A stretch of 64,000 nucleotides of DNA, taken from positions 37,200,001 through 37,264,000 of the forward strand of contig NC_043007.1 of NCBI RefSeq assembly GCF_006345805.1, given 5' to 3'. The notes under the pieces were generated by a model. The model was not told the origin of the DNA and ran no database searches. It was given only the letters and a program-made list of their open reading frames with translations. This document shows, piece by piece, positions 48,341 through 62,017 of this stretch. A program made the position numbers and the translations under genes. Source of the stretch: Octopus sinensis. Taxonomy: Eukaryota. Within the stretch, counting starts at the first letter, position 1, and the number at the start of each line of letters is the position of its first letter.

Positions 48341-50020
48341 GAGATAATTGTTGCTGTGCTACTTTGCAAAACTAGTCTAAGCTTAAATATTCTATCACAC
48401 ACTTTGACTACCTCAATCACCTGATCAACTTATTTCTCTGCTAGAAGTATGCCCACATCATCTACCCTGTCACTGTTGCCTTAAACACATAATCTAAAAC
48501 TATAGCACAAAAAGATGGATACTGTGAGGTTTTTAAGATAGTTTAACATAATCAAATAAACCATATATGTTAACAAGAAACACTTGTGTACAGAGATCTA
48601 AAATTTTTCAAAAAAAAGAAAAAGAAAAGAAAATACCTCTTGCTCATCACTTCAGTACATCACTTGGCCACATGTAAAAATTACAAGGAACAAAGTCAAT
48701 ATAAAGATCATTGTGTATTATGAATGTTGCAGATCAAAGATTATATTGGCTTGACCTAACAGCCCAACAGCTTTTTATTTGAAGTGATCTCATAGATAAG
48801 CTGCTTTCATAGCTAACAAGTACAAGTTAACCCCCCTCACTCTCAGTGACAAAATGTGCTTGTTCACAATCTCAAGTATGGCTATGTTACCAAACACTAT
48901 AGCTAGATAACTGTTAACTAATTGAATTATGTATTTGTATGTGTTTGAATAAAACAGAGTGTTGAGTGGTGTCCCTCTATAATTGATATTCTGTCAGTTA
49001 CAATGGCAAGGGTCCCAGTTGATCTGGTCAACAGAACAGCCTGCTCGTGAAATTAACTTGCAAGTGGCTGAGCAGTCCACAGACATGTGTAACCTCAACC
49101 CTTTCGTTACTGTATTTTGAGATGCTCTGTGTTTCTTTCAATTATTTTAAATATGACAAAGAATTTAGTAAAATAACTTAGTTATCTTTCAGCTGGAGTT
49201 AGGAACATAAATTGTGACTAAGGTTTGGTGGAAGATTTTAATTCAAAATTTATGAAAACAAGACATTTTACCACAGAGCCAGAGCCGGTTTTGGCCGGGT
49301 TAGTAACAAAAGGGTTAACACAGTTCCCAGGGAGATTTAGCATAACACAGAGTGTGAAAGGCTGGCCCTTTGAAATACAAGTACCACTCAATTTTGCCAG
49401 CTATGTGAACTGGAGCAACCTGAAATAAAGTGTCTTGCTCAAGAACACAACATGCCGCCAAGAATCAAACTCACAGCCATACAATCATGAGTCAAAAACC
49501 CTAACTACTAAGCCACGTGCCTTCACCCTTTAATATAAGAGGTTAACCATCTGACAAGTAAAAAATTCTCCTTATAGGCTTTGAGTACTGTGTGATTAAG
49601 AAACATGTTTCCCAATTATGTGGTTTTAGGTCCATTCCCATTGTGTGTGCCACCTGGGGCAAGTGTCTTTGGCTATAGCTACAGGCTGGTCAAAGCCTTA
49701 TGAGTGGATTTGAAAGATGGAAACTGAAAGAAACTTGTTGTATATATGTGTTCGTGTAATAATTGTTTTGGAATGGTGGACCTTGAAGAGAATAATAGCT
49801 AACAAATATTGGGTCTAAAAACCTTTTGGATAGAAAATATATGTATGTATGCGTAGGAGTAGCTGTGTGGTAAGTAGCTTGCTTACCAACTACATGGTTC
49901 CAGGTTCAGTCCCACTGCGTGGCACCTTGGGCATGTGTCTTCTACTATAGCCTCAGGCCGACCAAAGCCTTGTGAGTGGATTTGGTTGAGGGAAACTGAA
50001 AGAAGCCTGTCGTATATATG

Positions 50021-50077
<57 letters not shown>

Positions 50078-51639
50078 TATATATATGTATGTATATATAT
50101 ATGTATGCGTGTGTGTGTTTGTCCCTCCCAACATCGCTTGACAACCGATGCTGGTGTGTTTACGTCCCTGTAACTTAGCGGTTCGGCAAAAAAGACTGAT
50201 AGAATAAGTACTAGGCTTAAAAAGAATAAGTCCTGGGGTCGATTTGCTCGACTAAAGGCGGTGCTCCAGCATAGCCACAGTCAAATGACTGAAACCAATA
50301 AAAGAGTAAAAGAGAGAGTATTTATGTATGCATGCATGCATCCCAGTAAACTGCCTCTGACTCATACCAGCATGGAAATGTGGATGTTAAAACAATAATG
50401 ATAATGATGATGTGTTTGTGGATCTTGAGCAGTTAATGAGTTTTAAATAGTCATTTGTGTCATGACGTGTTTAAGTTTTGCTCACATAAACGCAGCCAGA
50501 GACAGAAAAGGGAGTGGAGATACTTGAGGATATTCATATATGTGAGTTATAATAAATGGGTGCATCATGGGTATTTGTTAAATAAAGATTAAAAATGGGT
50601 CATCATAAAGAGATGTTGCTGATTTCTGATCTAGGATTACATCGTGTGTGTGTGTGTACATGTGTGTTTTAAGATGGTAGGGTGTTATTTGTTCGAGATT
50701 TAGCAGCTATTTCTAGTAAATCGAGCAAATGTGTAGCAGCTCCTCCACTGATTAGTTTGTTGGTTCATTAGTTAGAATAGCAACAGATGAAAATGGAACA
50801 AAAGTCTACATATATAAATGACTAAGTGAAATGAAGGCTTTCTTTATGATTTTGAGAATGTTTTCCATCAACTCTCCCAATCTTATATTTTAAATGAGAA
50901 GCTGATTTCCTTCTGTATGTCTGTCTGTCACAACATCTATTAGAGGGAGGGAAGAAGAGGAAGAATCAAAAGGGTAGATAACCCCTGTCACATTTATTTA
51001 GAAGAAGAGAGGAGAAAAGTTGTTGCCAAGAGAAAAATACAGTGAGAGAGAGAGACAGAGAGCGTGTATGTGTGTGTGAAAGATAGAAAGATTGACAGAT
51101 AAGTAGTGTTGTCACCATAGTAGCTAACAAGTTTTGATTGAAAACGCGGGAATTTTAAGTGCAAGTCTGTCAACACAATACAACATAGACTTCAGAAGTA
51201 TAACTATATATATATCATCATCATCATCATCATTTAACGTCCGTTTTCCATGGGTTGGACGGTTCGACCAGGGTCTGGGAAGCCAGGAGGCTGTGCCAGG
51301 CTCCAGTCTGATCTGGTAGTGTTTCTACATCTGGATGCCCTTCCTAATGCCAACCACTCCATGAATGTAGTGAGTGCTTTTTCCATGCCACTGGCACAGG
51401 GGCCAGAGGAGGCTGGCAAACGGCCACGATCAGTTGGTGCTTTTTATGTGACACTGACACGGACGCCAGTCAGGCGACACTGGCATCAGCCATGTTTGGA
51501 TGGTGCTTTTTATGTGCTACCGGCATGGGTAACATAACTACAATTTCCATTTGATTTTTATTTTGATGCTGATGTTGATGTACTTGACTCAATAGATCTC
51601 CTCAAGCACAGCGAGTCACCATATATATGTATGTATGTA

Positions 51640-52330
51640 TATTTCAATGGGCATGTCAGACAGCAGCCTGGTATCTACCATGGTGTTCATGAGGGCCATT
51701 AAATTGGTTCACGAAATGAAGATAGAACAAGGCTACTGAAGTTCTGTGATGCGAATAACCTTTTGATCTGCAACACCAACTTCAGGAAGCCAGCCAGTCA
51801 ACCACCAGATAACCTATCAATCAGGTGACTCTGCTAGCCAGATAGATTTCATTCTCACCAGGCAGCGGGATGCATGTTTGCTCTTAAATGCAAAGACTCT
51901 CTCTAGTGAAGAATGTACCTCCCAGCATAGACTAGTCATTAGTAACTCTAGATTCCAGGCCAGAACAATGTCAAGAAGCAGACCAATCTGAAAAAGAAGG
52001 ATCTGGAATATTATGGTCCATTCATATGGTCAGAGATTTAGGGACATCCTAACTGAGAAATTTGATGAGAGGAAGGAGCAGCTACAAACTTGTGACATAG
52101 AGGGCAACTGGGAATTCCTGTGAGACAGCTTGCTGAGTGCCACAGGCCAAATCTGTGGCTCGGGCAAAGTCCCTTGCAGACTCAGGGTAACGTGGTGGTC
52201 AAAAAATTCTGTAGACAGTGCCATTAGAGCAAAGAAGCAGGACCAAAAGAGAGGGGGCAGCAAGGAACTGCATCAGATAGCCAGAAGGGAAGCTAGGAGA
52301 CAAGTATATCTACCAAGGGAGAAACAGAAA
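51640..52330 (+). mobile_element. RTE LINE endonuclease/linker fragment
   Basis: RLLKFCDANNLLICNTNFRK...SQIDFILTR...SQHRLVI...RVTWWS, degenerate. Confidence 0.75.
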
Positions 52331-54737
52331 AGAACATTATTTACATCTGACAGATGTTTGTCCTCATCTTGTACAAGATGAGGATGAGTATCCGTCAAAT
52401 GTAAATAATTCCTCATCTCTTAAATATAGAATTGAAAAAAAGAAGTTTGCTTATGTAAATTGATGATAATGATGATAGAAAGGAAAGTCTTAGACATGAT
52501 GGGCATGATTAGACTTCAGAAAAAAAAACTATTTGTTAAACAAACAATTGATTAGTTAGTTGGTTAGACATTTAACCAATTGACTAACAATAAAGAAGTG
52601 GAACTGAACCTGTGTTGCTATTATTATTGGCATAATGGCCCTCCCAAGGCAACAAAATTTGTTTCAATATACGAATTTACATCAAGAACCTTGCAAGCCA
52701 AATACAAAAACAGTGTATTTGTTAAAAAAAATGAATAAATAAATACTGGCTCTTCACAAAAAGAAATGAAATAAAAAAATTTAAAAAAACATAAAAGAAC
52801 AATTAATCAATGGTAGTCGATGGCCATTACAGATTTGTGTAATTTTGGTGAACACTGATTGAAAAACTTCCGATGAACAATAACGAGAAGAAATCAGTGA
52901 TGACGATGTTGAGTTTGACATAAAAACACTGACATTTATAGTAAAAAAAAAGAATTCCTTAATCTCCTTACCATTGCATTACCCTTTTTCTCTCTTTTAA
53001 TCAGTTTTCTTTCACTTTCTGCTTTTGTATTTCTTATTTTTATTTCTTCATTGCTCTTATTCCACAGCCAGCTTCAGTCTCATACCAATTCTTGCCAACT
53101 GACATTTTATCTCTCTATCAACTCTTTTACAAACAAATAATCAACTATCGACGATAAAACTACTTAAACTGATTTCTTCTCTTTGTCATATATTTTGTTG
53201 TTGTTGTTGTTGTTGATGTAGTTCTATTCATTTGTTTACTCTTTTACTTGTTTCAGTCATTTGACTGTGGCCATGCTGGAGCACCGCCTTTTAGTCGAGC
53301 AAATCGACCCCGGGACTTATTCTTTGTAAGCCCAGTACTTATTCTATCGGTCTCTTTTGCCAAACCGCTAAGTGATGGGAACATAAACACACCAGCATCG
53401 GTTGTCAAGCAATGCTAGGAGAACAAACACAGACACACAAACACATTCATATATATATATATATATATATATACGACGGGCTTCTTTCAGTTTCCGTCTA
53501 CCAAATCCACTCACAAGGCATTGGTCGGCCCGGGGCTATAGCAGAAGACACTTGCCCAAGATGCCATGCAGTGGGACTGAACCCAGAACCATGTGGTTGG
53601 TTAGCAAGCTACTTACCACACAGCCACTCCTGTTTAAGTAGTTTTATCGTCAATAGTTGATTATTTGTTTGTAAAAGAGTTGATAGAGAGATAAAATGTC
53701 AGTTGGCAAGAATTGGTATGAGACTGAAGCTGGTTGTGGAATAAGAGCAATGAAGAAATAAAAATAATTTATAATTTTTTTTTTTTAATATTCAATTTTA
53801 TTAGTTATTTCTTAATGTTACAAAGGGTAGAATCACAAGAGCCTAACTATTATGGTTGTTCTTCACCACCGACTTCAAAATTGTAAAGGTTAAACAGCTG
53901 CTTCAGTCACTTTAAAACATAAGAAAGAAATCATCTGAACTATTTTCAAACTGCTACATAATAATGGTTTCAAATTTTGCCACAAGGGCAGCAATTTTTT
54001 GGGAGGGGACGAGTCCATTACAAGCGCATAATTTATCTACCCCAGGGAGATGAAACGTAAAGTCATTTTCCAGTAGCAACTGAAGGCAGAAACATGTAAG
54101 GGAGGTAACTAAATACCACAACTGTTCAATGCATGTCACAAATTGTTTCCCAGACCAGCAAGCTTTAAATTAACATTTTTCAATATTTTTTTAACAAATA
54201 ATTTCTGTTAAAATTACATGTGTACTTTTACATTTTTTAGATTTATTTTTTAATCTCTTTACTTAAGGAAAAAAATGAAATAAAACATTTTTGTTTGGTT
54301 TGAAATGTCAAACTGATTGAAAAAAAACCCAAAAAACTCCTCTTCCTCCTCCTCATTGTTTTAAAGTCCAGTTTTCACTGCTTGCATGGGTTACACTTCT
54401 GATTCCTAATTTTAATTTAGAAATGAGCTAAAGAAGTCAAAGTTTATCTTCCAAGAATGTAATGTTCCACTGCAGTATAATCAACAGGTTCTTACATCAA
54501 CCATATCTTGTTGTTTAGTGCCAGGTCAGCTTCAGTGGAATAATAATAATAATAATTTTTATGTTTATATATTTGTTTTGCAAGATTTTTGATGTGAAAT
54601 CGTGTGTTGAAACAGATATTGTTGTATTTAGGAATGGTCATTTTGCCAGTTTAGCCAATAAAAACACACACACTATATCTTTGGTGTTACTTTGCTTCAG
54701 CGTTATTTATTTTTTACATTAATCTTAATCTTATTTC

Positions 54738-54782
54738 GGCCAGAGTTCTTTCCTCACACTCCTGTGACATCATCAGTGGTCC
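54738..54782 (-). ncRNA. Minimal type-I hammerhead ribozyme-like motif (third family)
   Basis: GGACCA-CTGATGA-TG-TCACA[GGAG]TGTGA-G-GAAA-G[AA]CTC-TGGCC. CUC triplet; helix I 5 bp with a bulge. Confidence 0.55.
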
Positions 54783-55307
54783 TTTGCTTTCTTCTTTCTT
54801 ATTTGTGTGTCTCTCGTTACCAATGGTCAGCCATAATAATAATAATAATTTATGCAGTTAAGTAATGTGCTGTTATGTAGTACGACTAACTTTATTCTCT
54901 TTATATTTGTCATTTCATGATTTGCACTTTCTATTAAAATAATTTGTTTGGCTTCTGATGTCAGCTGTTTTATTGATGAGCAAACCCAATCTGAGACTAC
55001 TTCTTCAGTCTATCTTTGGAAATTTATAAATTATTCCTTTCAAGGTCTGCTAAGAGTTTCTGTGAACTTCTCTTCTATTTTTAAACAAAGTTGCAGGGTT
55101 TTTTTGTTTATTAAGTTAAAACATTAGTTTGTTTCTGTTGCTTTGGAATTTTCGGCTTCATTTGGCCGTGTTTTTAATCCGTTTAAGTGCTCAGCTATAT
55201 TTCCTGATGTCAAGTGGCAATGTAAATATTTCGTTCAATGAGCTAACCTTATAAATAATTTTCTAACTCAGGCCATTGATAGATACTGGTTGTTTCAGCA
55301 CATTTCG

Positions 55308-55694
55308 GATCTTTTCGGTTTGAACAGCAGTTTTTTAAAATCATCTCCACGTAACTAAAAAATTTTAAAGTTCGTATACTGGTAGAATGTGTTTATAAAA
55401 CATCTTTTTCTCTTGGCTTTATTGAGAAAATTCTATAGTTTGTAAGATATTTGTTTCAATTTCAACCAATCAATGATGTCTGTTGAGGTAAAAAAAACAT
55501 TCTGTGCCGTATGAATATGTCCCTCGTTTAAGAAACAGATTGGGTTTATTTACATTTGTGAAGAAAAAAAGATACCCTTCCCCCCACCCCTAAAACAGAT
55601 TGAAATGCAATAGATCGATACTAGGGTCATAATAATGGGTAACAATTTCATATGACACCGCTAGGAAAAAACTACCGTTCAAACCGAAAAGATC
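55308..55694. mobile_element. MITE with an 18-bp TIR (second copy at about 9553-9940)
   Basis: GATCTTTTCGGTTTGAAC...GTTCAAACCGAAAAGATC; superfamily undetermined. Confidence 0.8.
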
Positions 55695-56189
55695 GCAACT
55701 CTGAAATAATCACAAATGTACCAACGTTCAAACTGAAAGTAACATTATACTTTTATTTATTTATTTTAGTTAGCTGGTTAGCCAATTTGTTTTGCTGATG
55801 GAATATTTCAACAATATTATAAACTGAATGTGTTGAAAAATCCTTTTGGATAGAAGATCAAAGGATGCCTTCAACTTTTCTCATTCCAAAAGAGTTTTTC
55901 AACCTGATACTTACACACTGTTTGTTTATATCTTGATATACTATTTGAAAATTTAAAAAAAAAAAATCATTTAATGTTCTTTCAGAAATTTATAAAGTTC
56001 TGATGACGTTAGATTTTATATTATGTATTAATTCAACATTGAAATAAAACAACTCTTTAAAACAATTATCTGTTTTCCATTTAATGACATTTTATAGTTT
56101 TACAGTACAAATTTAAATTGAATTTCATAAATGTTAATAAAATAATAAAAATACACAGACACACATACATACATATATATATATATTTA

Positions 56190-56416
56190 TATAATCAAAA
56201 TAAGCAACAAGAATATCTTCGGTAATTTGGTACGATCGTTTCACGCTACATCATTTTATTAAATATTGTAAGTATAACAGTCGTTTTAAAATGTTGAGCA
56301 ATGATTGCTCAACATTTTAAAACTGCTGTAATACTTACAATATTTAATAAAATGATGTAGCGTGAAACGATCGTACCAAATTACCGAAGATATTCTTGTT
56401 GCTTATTTTGATTATA
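56190..56416. repeat. 227-bp near-perfect palindrome (113-bp arms, 1-nt centre)
   Basis: The arms differ at 3 positions; centre G at 56303 (gcaat-G-attgc). Confidence 0.95.
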
Positions 56417-59202
56417 ACCACCCCATGGATTTATATGGATAACACCATACAAAATTCTGGTGCATAAGTACCATATTCATTTGAATCTAAATTTTGCTGA
56501 ACTTATTTATATATATATATATATAGATATATGCATACAGCTGTTTTACGTTTGTGTTTAAACTATAGCACTGGATAAATTTTAGAGCAAAAATTATTAC
56601 AGCTCGACGTCGTTTATAAACATAAACCACTTAACTACAATATTGAGGGAAACCAGCGTTTTTTTCACCAGGCAGGAATAGTGCGGCAGAGTTATGTCCC
56701 TTGCTAAAAGGCACAGCATAAAAGGTCGTACAATAAAATTTGAATTCTTGACCATATTGTCAGTAGTCCAGATAACTTAACCTCACAGCTGTCGTACCGT
56801 ACGTACGTGTACACACATATATGAAAAGATATATAAAAGAGTATTTATATATATATTGTGCCTGGGGAGAGTCATAGTGCACTCACCGATTCAATTTCCA
56901 CTCTTTTATTTATCCCAGAAACCTTTCGTCGCAAATACAGCGACAAAAATGCTTTCTAGAATAAATAAATAAATGAGTGGAGATTGAACTGGTGAGTGTG
57001 TTATATTAAGGCACTAGGACTTTCCCCAGACACAACAAAATTTGTTTCAACACATAAAGACTCTTGCAAACCAGATATAAAAACCAAGTATGTATGTATG
57101 TATATATATCATCATCATCATCATCTTCGTTTGGCGTCCGCTTTCCATGCTAGCATGGGTTGGACGGTTCAACTGGGGTTTGGGAAGCCAGAAGGCTGCA
57201 CCAGGCCCGGTCTGATCTGGCAATGTTTCTACGGCTGGATGCCCTTCCTAATGCCAACCACTCCGTGAGTGAAGTGGGTGCTTTTTACGTGCCACATGTT
57301 TGAAGTAGCGGACAGATTTTATATATTAACAAAAAAGAGATAGTCAGGATTTGGAAAAAAAAACTTTTTATTTAGTGCTTTTGTCAATAGTTTTTATCTA
57401 AATCCTGACTACCTCCTTTTTGTTAATATATATGTGTATCCCCACCCCCAGTAATATATCAATTTCGTTATATGATAGCATTTGTTACTGATACCTGTAG
57501 ACAAGCTTTGTTAAGCAGACAAAGTTTATACTCATATTGAATTAACAAGTGTGTGTGTATGTGTGTGTTGCACTAGAGGACACAACATGCAACTAAATGT
57601 TTGGGCTTGGTAGAAAGATCCATACTCCACTCCTATATCCAGCACAGTAAGACCCAAGCCATCATATCTGCAGACAGGTTAGTGTGTAGAATTCAAGCCA
57701 CATTAAAGAAAACATAATTGGTATTATAAATCTCTGAACGAGAACAATAATAAATCTCTGAACGAGATATAAACAGTAACCGCTCGACAACGTAAAGGGT
57801 ATCAGCCATCTGAATGTGGCTAGCCACTGGGGGAGGGGGGTGTTACTGATGCTTTTAGCCCCAGGCGATCAACGTCACCAGAAGGACTTTAGACACTATC
57901 TCAGTGTCCTTGTTATAATCGAAATACTAATTACATTTTCAGTGTTCAATGTGTGTGTGTTTTCGCATATAGAAATACATACATAAACACACACACATAT
58001 AGATTATATTTTCTCTTACAAAAGCATAATTGCATTTGTGAGAGGATTGTGAAAAGCTGCTCCATATGTGCATGTTTGTTTACACACACACACACACACA
58101 CACTCATGTTTGTGTAGCAATATGTAAGAGCATCCCTGAAGACTTAAATTTTATGTAGTATGCCTTGAGCAAGTTAGCTATAGTTCAGTGCAGTCAAGAT
58201 GCTTGTAACCGACCTTGCTCCACGAACAGCAGAGTGAGAGAGAGAGAGAGAGAGAGGGGAAGATTATGAAAATAGTGTGCTGTATTGAGCCCTACGTAAT
58301 TGACAAAGGAGCACTAAAATGTCACAGACCTTTAGTTGACTGTTTTAGTGTTAGCTATATCAAATGAGAGAATCAGTAAAACGTTGGATAATGATTTGTG
58401 ATATTTAGTTGCATTCAGAAACTCAAATCATATACAAGGCAGCTTTGCTTTTCATCTTTCTGAAGTCAATGAAACCAAGTTTTAGGGAACTCACAAAACT
58501 GACTATACCTTTGAGAGCAGTGCTTAAGCATATTCATGGTAAAATGACTGAAATGAAGAAAATAATAAACACATGTAATGTGTTTGGATTTACAAACAAG
58601 ACAAAAAAGAAAATTGCTACATGCATGAAGTTTTAGTTTATCATTCAAAACTGTTGTTACTTTTGAGTTTTCCAATTTCTAGGAACAGAAACAAAATGTG
58701 CCTCAGAATAGCAACATTGAAACCTCAACTCTGAATGAATGAATATATATATATACATATACATATATATACAGACACACACACACAGTATAACAAAAAA
58801 AATCCCAGATTCACATCTACTAAGAAATGTGGATCTGGGAGATTTTATTTTGCTGCATCCTATATATATGTACATACATATATGTATATATATATATACA
58901 CACACACATTTGTCCCCAAGGTGGTCTTCACACACACACACACACACACACATTTATCATCAAGGTAGTCTTTCAGAAAATGTGAATATTGTGGTGTAAA
59001 ATTATGGATATGTTATCATTTTTGTAATTCCAGGGTCGAAGTGCATGAAGAGGCACTGTTTCAAAACCCAGATATTACACTTTTCATCAGGCATCCTCTC
59101 TGCTTTTGAATCCCAGATGATTTCTTTGTTTACTTCAAATGGTGTAAATGCTTTTCTTGTAAAGATTACACCATAAAATATCCTGTATCTTGCTGTTTTA
59201 AG

Positions 59203-59268
59203 TTACACAGGCTTGCTCACCAAAGGTTGCCTTTGTACCTTTTTCTTCAACATCATTGACTGCATATC
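59203..59268 (-). CDS. Putative terminal or internal exon of the same unidentified gene
   Basis: Acceptor aataattaatag|GAT. Joined in phase 0 to the 62.8-kb exon it reads DMQSMMLKKKVQRQPLVSKPV*. An internal donor TTG|GTGAGC could instead make it a 48-nt internal exon. Confidence 0.33.
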   Translation of the reverse strand, partial: DMQSMMLKKKVQRQPLVSKPV

Positions 59269-61979
59269 CTATTAATTATTTCTTCATAAAACATGTATGT
59301 TGTTGTGTAACCCACTTCAGCCTTGACTAAGCAGGCCTATACTGAAAGGTGTTTGCTTTAGCCACGACCAACTTGTACTTTTTTGTCTCTCAGGGACAAC
59401 ACTTTTCAATGGGTCCTTCTATTTTTTTTCAGGCATGAAACATATGTGTGTGTGAGCATTTTAACCATTTCTGTCATGTAACCACCTTACTAAGCTCTGT
59501 TAATAATAATAATAATTTATAACATAGACATAAGACCTTGGTTTTTGAGGAAAGGACATAGTGGATAAATATGATCCCAGTATTCACCTGGTTATTATTT
59601 CATTGACCTTAGATGGATGAAAGCTGGCATGAATGGAACACAAAAAATAAAGGACATGGCTAAATGCCGTAAAACATTTTGCCAGACATATTACCAATTC
59701 TACCATCTTCTACCTTCCTGATATTTGTAATAAAAATATTGTAACTTTTAATCAAACAGAGCAGTTAAGTTATATATCCAGATGATGGTTAATAATTGTT
59801 TTTATAATGAAATTCAAAGACAATTTACAAGCACTACAAGTATTTCTATAAATTGATGATCAGTTATTAAGAGTGACTACAAAAAGTAAGAGACATCTAA
59901 ATAGGTATACAGACTAAGTAATTTCAAGCAAATAATAACTGTTATTTCTAGCTTAGGTACAGGGCCAGTAAGTATGAGTGCCAGTGATTAAATTGACTCT
60001 AAGAATTCACAGGTAATTTATTTTATTGAGTGCAAAAGGATGAAAAGCAAAGCGGAACCATTGCAGGATTTGAACTAAGAACATGAAGAGCCAAAAGAAA
60101 TACAGCAAGGCACTATAGTCAGCATTAATGTTCTTCCACTCCCTCTCCCTAATAATAATCCTTTCTACTAAAGGCACAAGGCCTGAAATGTTTGTGGAGG
60201 GGCTAGTTGATTATATCAACCCCAGTACATGACTGGTACTTATTTTATTGATCCTGAAAGGATGAAAGGCAGTCAACCTCAGAACATAGACGAAATGCTG
60301 CTAAACATTTAGCTTGGCATGCTAATGATTCTGCCAGTTCACAGCCTCCCTCTCCATAATAATAACTGTCTCTAATTTAGGCTCAAAGTTGACAATTTTG
60401 ATGGGAATGGATTAGTCAATTACATTGACCTCAGTACTTGATGGATACTTTATTTTATTGACTCTAGAGAGATGAAAGGAAAAGTTCATTCAGAATGTAG
60501 AATGCCAGGGGAAATTTTACAAGACATGTTATCTGGCACTTTAACAATTCTGTCTATCCCCTGATCAAATAATTATTTCATTAAAAGCAACCTATCCCTG
60601 TAGTTAAACTTGTAAAGAATACTATGTGTTTATCAACTGTTTAATTAATTTATTGAAGATCTCTAAAATATCATGCTTGATATCATTGCATATCCACACT
60701 GAAAGTAGAAAAAACTTTTTGGACATGTATTAAGTTTTTTAAAATTTTGTTTCTCTCCACTCAACTAGGGATAAAATAATACACAAGCCATCAATGTTGC
60801 AGAGAAAGGTATCATATGCTCCAATTATATAAATATATATATATACATTGCACATATGAACAAACAGGGAAACTTAATCTACTCTATTATGATGAGTGTT
60901 GTGATACCAAAACAAATTTTGGAAAGCAAACTATTTTCATTAAATCTGTTGATAAAATACTAAATAAAAAGTGTGATCATTCAAATATCTATATTCATCT
61001 ATTGATGTAGTTCACTGATTTCCAGTTAGAACTACATTTCTTATAAGCATAATTTGTATTAACAAGTTCACTTAACTACTGTATGATTTTGTCTTCAGTC
61101 CTGTTGCATAGTAAGTTAGGCAAGTGTCTTCTGCTAATAGCCCAAGGTCAACCAAAGCCTTGTGAGTGGATCTTGTAGATGGAAAGAAGCCAGTCATATA
61201 TATGTATGCATGTGTATTTGTCTCCTTTTATTGATATTGAATGATAGTTAACGAGTATTACTGTTATACAAGTGAAGCTCTTTATTTCCAGTCTTCCTTG
61301 AAAACATGTCCAGTGAAGAAAAAAGAGTGATACCATGGTTATTAACAGGTGTGGGTTGGCAATAGAAGGGTCATCCAGTACAGAACTTCTGCCTCAATGA
61401 GTTACATTTGACTCATGGAAAAGTTGATGTCAAGACAACGACAGTGATGATGATGAATATATATATATATATATATCACCATTATCTCATAATCATCATT
61501 TCAGTGTCCACTGTTCCATCCTTATATGGAGTGAATGGAATTTGCTGAGGCAAATTTTCTATAGTTGGATGTCTTTCTTGTTACCAACCCTCCCCTTTTT
61601 TCCAAGCAGGTTTCAAAGAACACCACTTGTATGATGACGAGGCTTGTTTCTAACCATTGTGCGAGGTTAAGACAAGGAAACACAAACACACATCCACAAT
61701 GGACTTCTTTCAGTTTCTGTCTACCAAATCCACTCAGATACCTTTGGTTAGCCTGCAGCTATAATAGAAGACACTTGCCCAAGGTACTACTTGGTGAGAT
61801 CGAACCCAAAATCACATGGCTAACCTTGACTATCCCATTCCCATCTTGACCATACTGCCATGTCTGTAAATATATATATATATATATAAATGGAAAGTTT
61901 ACGAAAATAAACAAAAGACGAAGGCAGGTGGTGTACAAACAAACAGATGTATTAGTATAGCGCCCAGGAACAGAAAGAT

Positions 61980-62017
61980 TCTTTTACGTTTCGAGCCTAC
62001 GCTCTTCCACAGAAAAA
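61980..62017 (-). ncRNA. Hammerhead-like motif with a variant core (fourth family)
   Basis: TTTTT-CTGTGGA-A-GAGC[GTAG]GCTC-GAAAC-GTA-AAAGA. The architecture is intact but the conserved A6 is T. Confidence 0.4.

Noticed and set aside
56335-56390. Half-hammerhead GAAACGATCGTA and CCGAAGA in the palindrome arm
   Set aside because: No intact CUGANGA at the right spacing and no helix I or II pairing.
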